NCBI GenBank assembly: GCA_034521815.1
Contig: JAXHLW010000013.1
Coordinates: forward strand, 1,728,001-1,792,000
Origin: Trueperaceae bacterium
Lineage (GTDB): Bacteria > Deinococcota > Deinococci > Deinococcales > Trueperaceae
DNA length: 64,000 nt
Direction: 5' to 3'
The notes beneath the pieces were generated by a model. It ran no database searches, was not told the DNA's origin, and saw only the letters and a program-made list of their open reading frames with translations. This document shows, in pieces, positions 61,630-64,000 of the stretch (its first letter is position 1; each line of letters begins with the position of its first letter). A program made the translations under genes and the position numbers.

Positions 61630-64000
61630 TCAAGGCAGGCCCGGCACGCTCCACCGCAGCCACGCCTCGGGCCCCCGGCCCGCACCGCTCCAGGACACGC
61701 CGCCCTGCAGCTCCAACGACGCCGTCGCGCCGTACCCCAGCACCAGATCGGCCGCCACCAGCCCCTCGACGCCCACCGCGACAGCCTGCCCAGCGTCGGC
61801 CGCGGCGCCGGTCGATACGCCCAGCCGCAGGCGCGGAGCGAACCGCAACCGCTGAAGCGCCCAGCGACCGTCCGCGATGGAGGCGCCGACCGGCGCGGTC
61901 CAGCCCAGCCCGGCCGAGGCGGACGCCGCGACGTTCTCGAACGCGCTCGCCGGGACCGACGAGGGCGGTCTCCAGCCCGTGCGGATCGTCGCGTCGGCCG
62001 TCGGCCCGCCGGGAAGGCCGGTCGGGATCCACGCGGCGGCGTCGAGCCAGGCGCCGTTGGAACGGCCCCCCGCGATTCCATCGGTCCTCCCCGTGACCGC
62101 CACCGCCCATCCTCGCCGCGGCACGCCCCAGGCGTCCGCCGCTCCGTCCGACGAGGCGATCCGGACCGAGCCGCCCGTGCGGACGGCTCCGTCGTCCGCC
62201 ACCCGGGTCACGAGGCGCGCCCCCAGGCGGACGGTCGGCTCCCAGGCCAGAGTGGAGTCCACGCCCACTTCGAGATGGGGCCGGGGCGGCTCCAGCGGTG
62301 CCCGGTGGGGCGAATAGGGAAGCACGCCCATGCGGACCACGGCCGCGAGGGGGTCCCGCCGACCCGGTGTGGGGACGATGCCGGCGCGACCCACGCGTAG
62401 CGACACCCCGAAGGCGGGGCGCCCCCAGGCGCCGTCTCCGCCCGGCACGCGCCCCGCGACCGCGTCGATCGCATAGCGTCTCGTCGGGTCGATAGCGACG
62501 AGGCGGACCCCCGCCCCGCCGACGCCCAGATCGCTCGGGAGCCAGCCCAGGAGCCGCACGGCCGCACGCGGGTCGTACGGCCGCGGCCCCGCCGTCCCGT
62601 CGTGGCGACCACCGTCCAGGCGACCACCGTCCAGGTCACGAGACGAGACGCCAGGGGACTCGATGCGAGCAGGCTCGGCGCGTGCGGGCTCGGCGCGAGC
62701 AGGCTCGGCGCGAGCAGACTCGGCGCGAGCCCCTGGGCGGCTGGCCACGGTCCGTAGCGGAGCAGGCGCGACGCGTGCCAGGACGGGCCCGCCGGCACGT
62801 CGCACGGCGACCACGCCGTCCGTGACGTCCACGACGCCGTAGCGAGGCGCGGCCCACAGCTCGGCGCGTCCCGTGGCCAGCTCGACGCGCCACGCTCCCG
62901 TCCTGTCGGCGTCGGCCGCCGACACGAGCCAGAGGTGCGACTCGCTCTCCCAGGCCGCGTTCCGTAGCGCGCCGTCCAGTGCGATCGGAACCCGGTCCGG
63001 CTCGGGCCAGCGCGTAGACGGCGCGCCGACGGCATCGACGGGCGCGGCTGCGGGACGTGGGGCTGCGGGAAGGGCGGGCGGTGCGGCGGACGGTGCGGCG
63101 GGCGGACGCGACCACGCGACCAGGCTACGCTCGCCCGACCGGTCCAGGATCGCGGCGACACGGCCGGCCGGCGACGTGGCCAGGCCCACGATCCGCGCTC
63201 CCGCAGGGGCCGACCAGACGTCGACGCCGGTGACCGGACCGCCGTCGCACCAGCGGCGCAGCTGCGACGCTCCGAGCCCGTCGTCGCGCACGAACACGAG
63301 GCAGCCGTCCGCTAACGCCGCCGCCGCGTGGGCACGCGCGCCTTGGGTCAGCCTCCGCTCGGCTCCGGTCGCGACGCTCAGCACGTGCAGCTCTCCCAGT
63401 CGGCCCGCCGGCCCGTCCCGCAATCGGACGTACACGAGCTCGTCCGCGCTGCGCCAGGCCAGTCGGTCGGGCGTGGAGCGCAGCTGCACGGCGACCGTCT
63501 CGGCCAGCTCACCGCCTGCGCCCACGGTCGCGACGCGCACGGTGCGTCCCGTCAGCCAGGCCAGACGCGTGCCGTCCGGCGACCGGGCAGGCGACCGTGC
63601 AGGCGACCGTGCAGGCGACCGGGCGTGAGCCGACACCGGCGCGGTGGCCGAGGCAGGCTCGTCGGCCAGCAGCGCCCCGATCTCGTCGTCCAACGCCATC
63701 GCCTCGGCACGAAGTCGGTCCCGCAACGCGGCCCATTCGAGCTGCAGATCCCCACCGACGGCATGGCGCCAGGCGTCGTCGAACCCTGTCCACGGCGGCG
63801 CGGTCTCGAACCGGCGCAACGCGTCGCGGAAGGCCGGCAATCCGGCTCCATGGATCAGGTGCTCCACGAAGGCGCCGCCCAGGAGGTAGCGCGTCCGTCC
63901 GCCCGGCCACGCCTCGCTCGGTAGCCGAGCGGCGTCGGCCAGCGAGGGCCAGTCGTCGCTGACCGCGAGCGCCCGGATCACGGAGCGCGCGTCGGGATCG
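61630..64000 (-). CDS. Partial large envelope protein: gluzincin/peptidase-MA-like helix, TolB-like propeller, C-terminal beta-strand-rich (barrel-like) region; 5' end outside window
   Basis: Frame open to the right edge; WPGGRTRYLLGGAFVEHL, SPDGTRLAW, RRLTQGAR; alternating hydrophobic strands near the C-terminus; internal (RSPA)n and (AEPAR)n repeats. Confidence 0.6.
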   Translation of the reverse strand, partial: DPDARSVIRALAVSDDWPSLADAARLPSEAWPGGRTRYLLGGAFVEHLIHGAGLPAFRDALRRFETAPPWTGFDDAWRHAVGGDLQLEWAALRDRLRAEAMALDDEIGALLADEPASATAPVSAHARSPARSPARSPARSPDGTRLAWLTGRTVRVATVGAGGELAETVAVQLRSTPDRLAWRSADELVYVRLRDGPAGRLGELHVLSVATGAERRLTQGARAHAAAALADGCLVFVRDDGLGASQLRRWCDGGPVTGVDVWSAPAGARIVGLATSPAGRVAAILDRSGERSLVAWSRPPAAPSAAPPALPAAPRPAAAPVDAVGAPSTRWPEPDRVPIALDGALRNAAWESESHLWLVSAADADRTGAWRVELATGRAELWAAPRYGVVDVTDGVVAVRRAGGPVLARVAPAPLRTVASRPGARAESARAEPARAEPARAEPARIESPGVSSRDLDGGRLDGGRHDGTAGPRPYDPRAAVRLLGWLPSDLGVGGAGVRLVAIDPTRRYAIDAVAGRVPGGDGAWGRPAFGVSLRVGRAGIVPTPGRRDPLAAVVRMGVLPYSPHRAPLEPPRPHLEVGVDSTLAWEPTVRLGARLVTRVADDGAVRTGGSVRIASSDGAADAWGVPRRGWAVAVTGRTDGIAGGRSNGAWLDAAAWIPTGLPGGPTADATIRTGWRPPSSVPASAFENVAASASAGLGWTAPVGASIADGRWALQRLRFAPRLRLGVSTGAAADAGQAVAVGVEGLVAADLVLGYGATASLELQGGVSWSGAGRGPEAWLRWSVPGLP

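Noticed and set aside
43761-63630. Short repeat clusters as CRISPR arrays or iterons
   Set aside because: Units are 10-15 bp with no unique spacers of regular length, and no cas or rep genes are present.
1-64000. Mobile elements, prophage, reverse transcriptase/DGR, defence systems, tRNA/rRNA
   Set aside because: No transposase, integrase, RT, nuclease or phage motifs, and no RNA-gene-like segments or large compositional shifts were seen by eye.

Overview
High-GC bacterial chromosomal window, probably Deinococcota (Trueperaceae-like). This assignment is inferred from gene content and from many TANNNT -10 boxes lying 5-8 nt ahead of start codons. The left 27.2 kb is a single minus-strand gene for a giant surface adhesin (>9,000 aa, running off the left edge). 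It has an N-terminal Sec-type signal peptide and VCBS, cadherin/Ig-like, CSPG and Asp-box-containing repeats, and is broken by dozens of single-base indels that most likely are long-read errors. Next comes a five-gene sugar-catabolic operon (L-fucose/L-arabinose-isomerase-family enzyme, YihV-like PfkB kinase, LacD/YihT-type class I aldolase, two Gfo/Idh/MocA oxidoreductases) that looks like a hybrid sulfosugar (sulfo-EMP-type) pathway; this is the best candidate for an undescribed system. The rest is mostly housekeeping and transport: an aldo/keto reductase, RIO1 kinase, DUF302, an MFS transporter, alaS-ruvX-mltG, a TRAP transporter, phnDCEE, coaX, dcd, a PAS-GGDEF cyclase, a two-component system, a TPR/degenerate-CPBP membrane protein, ugpBAE, a RarA-methyltransferase-like fusion and a partial propeller/beta-barrel-like protein. 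No rRNA, tRNA, CRISPR array or mobile element was seen.
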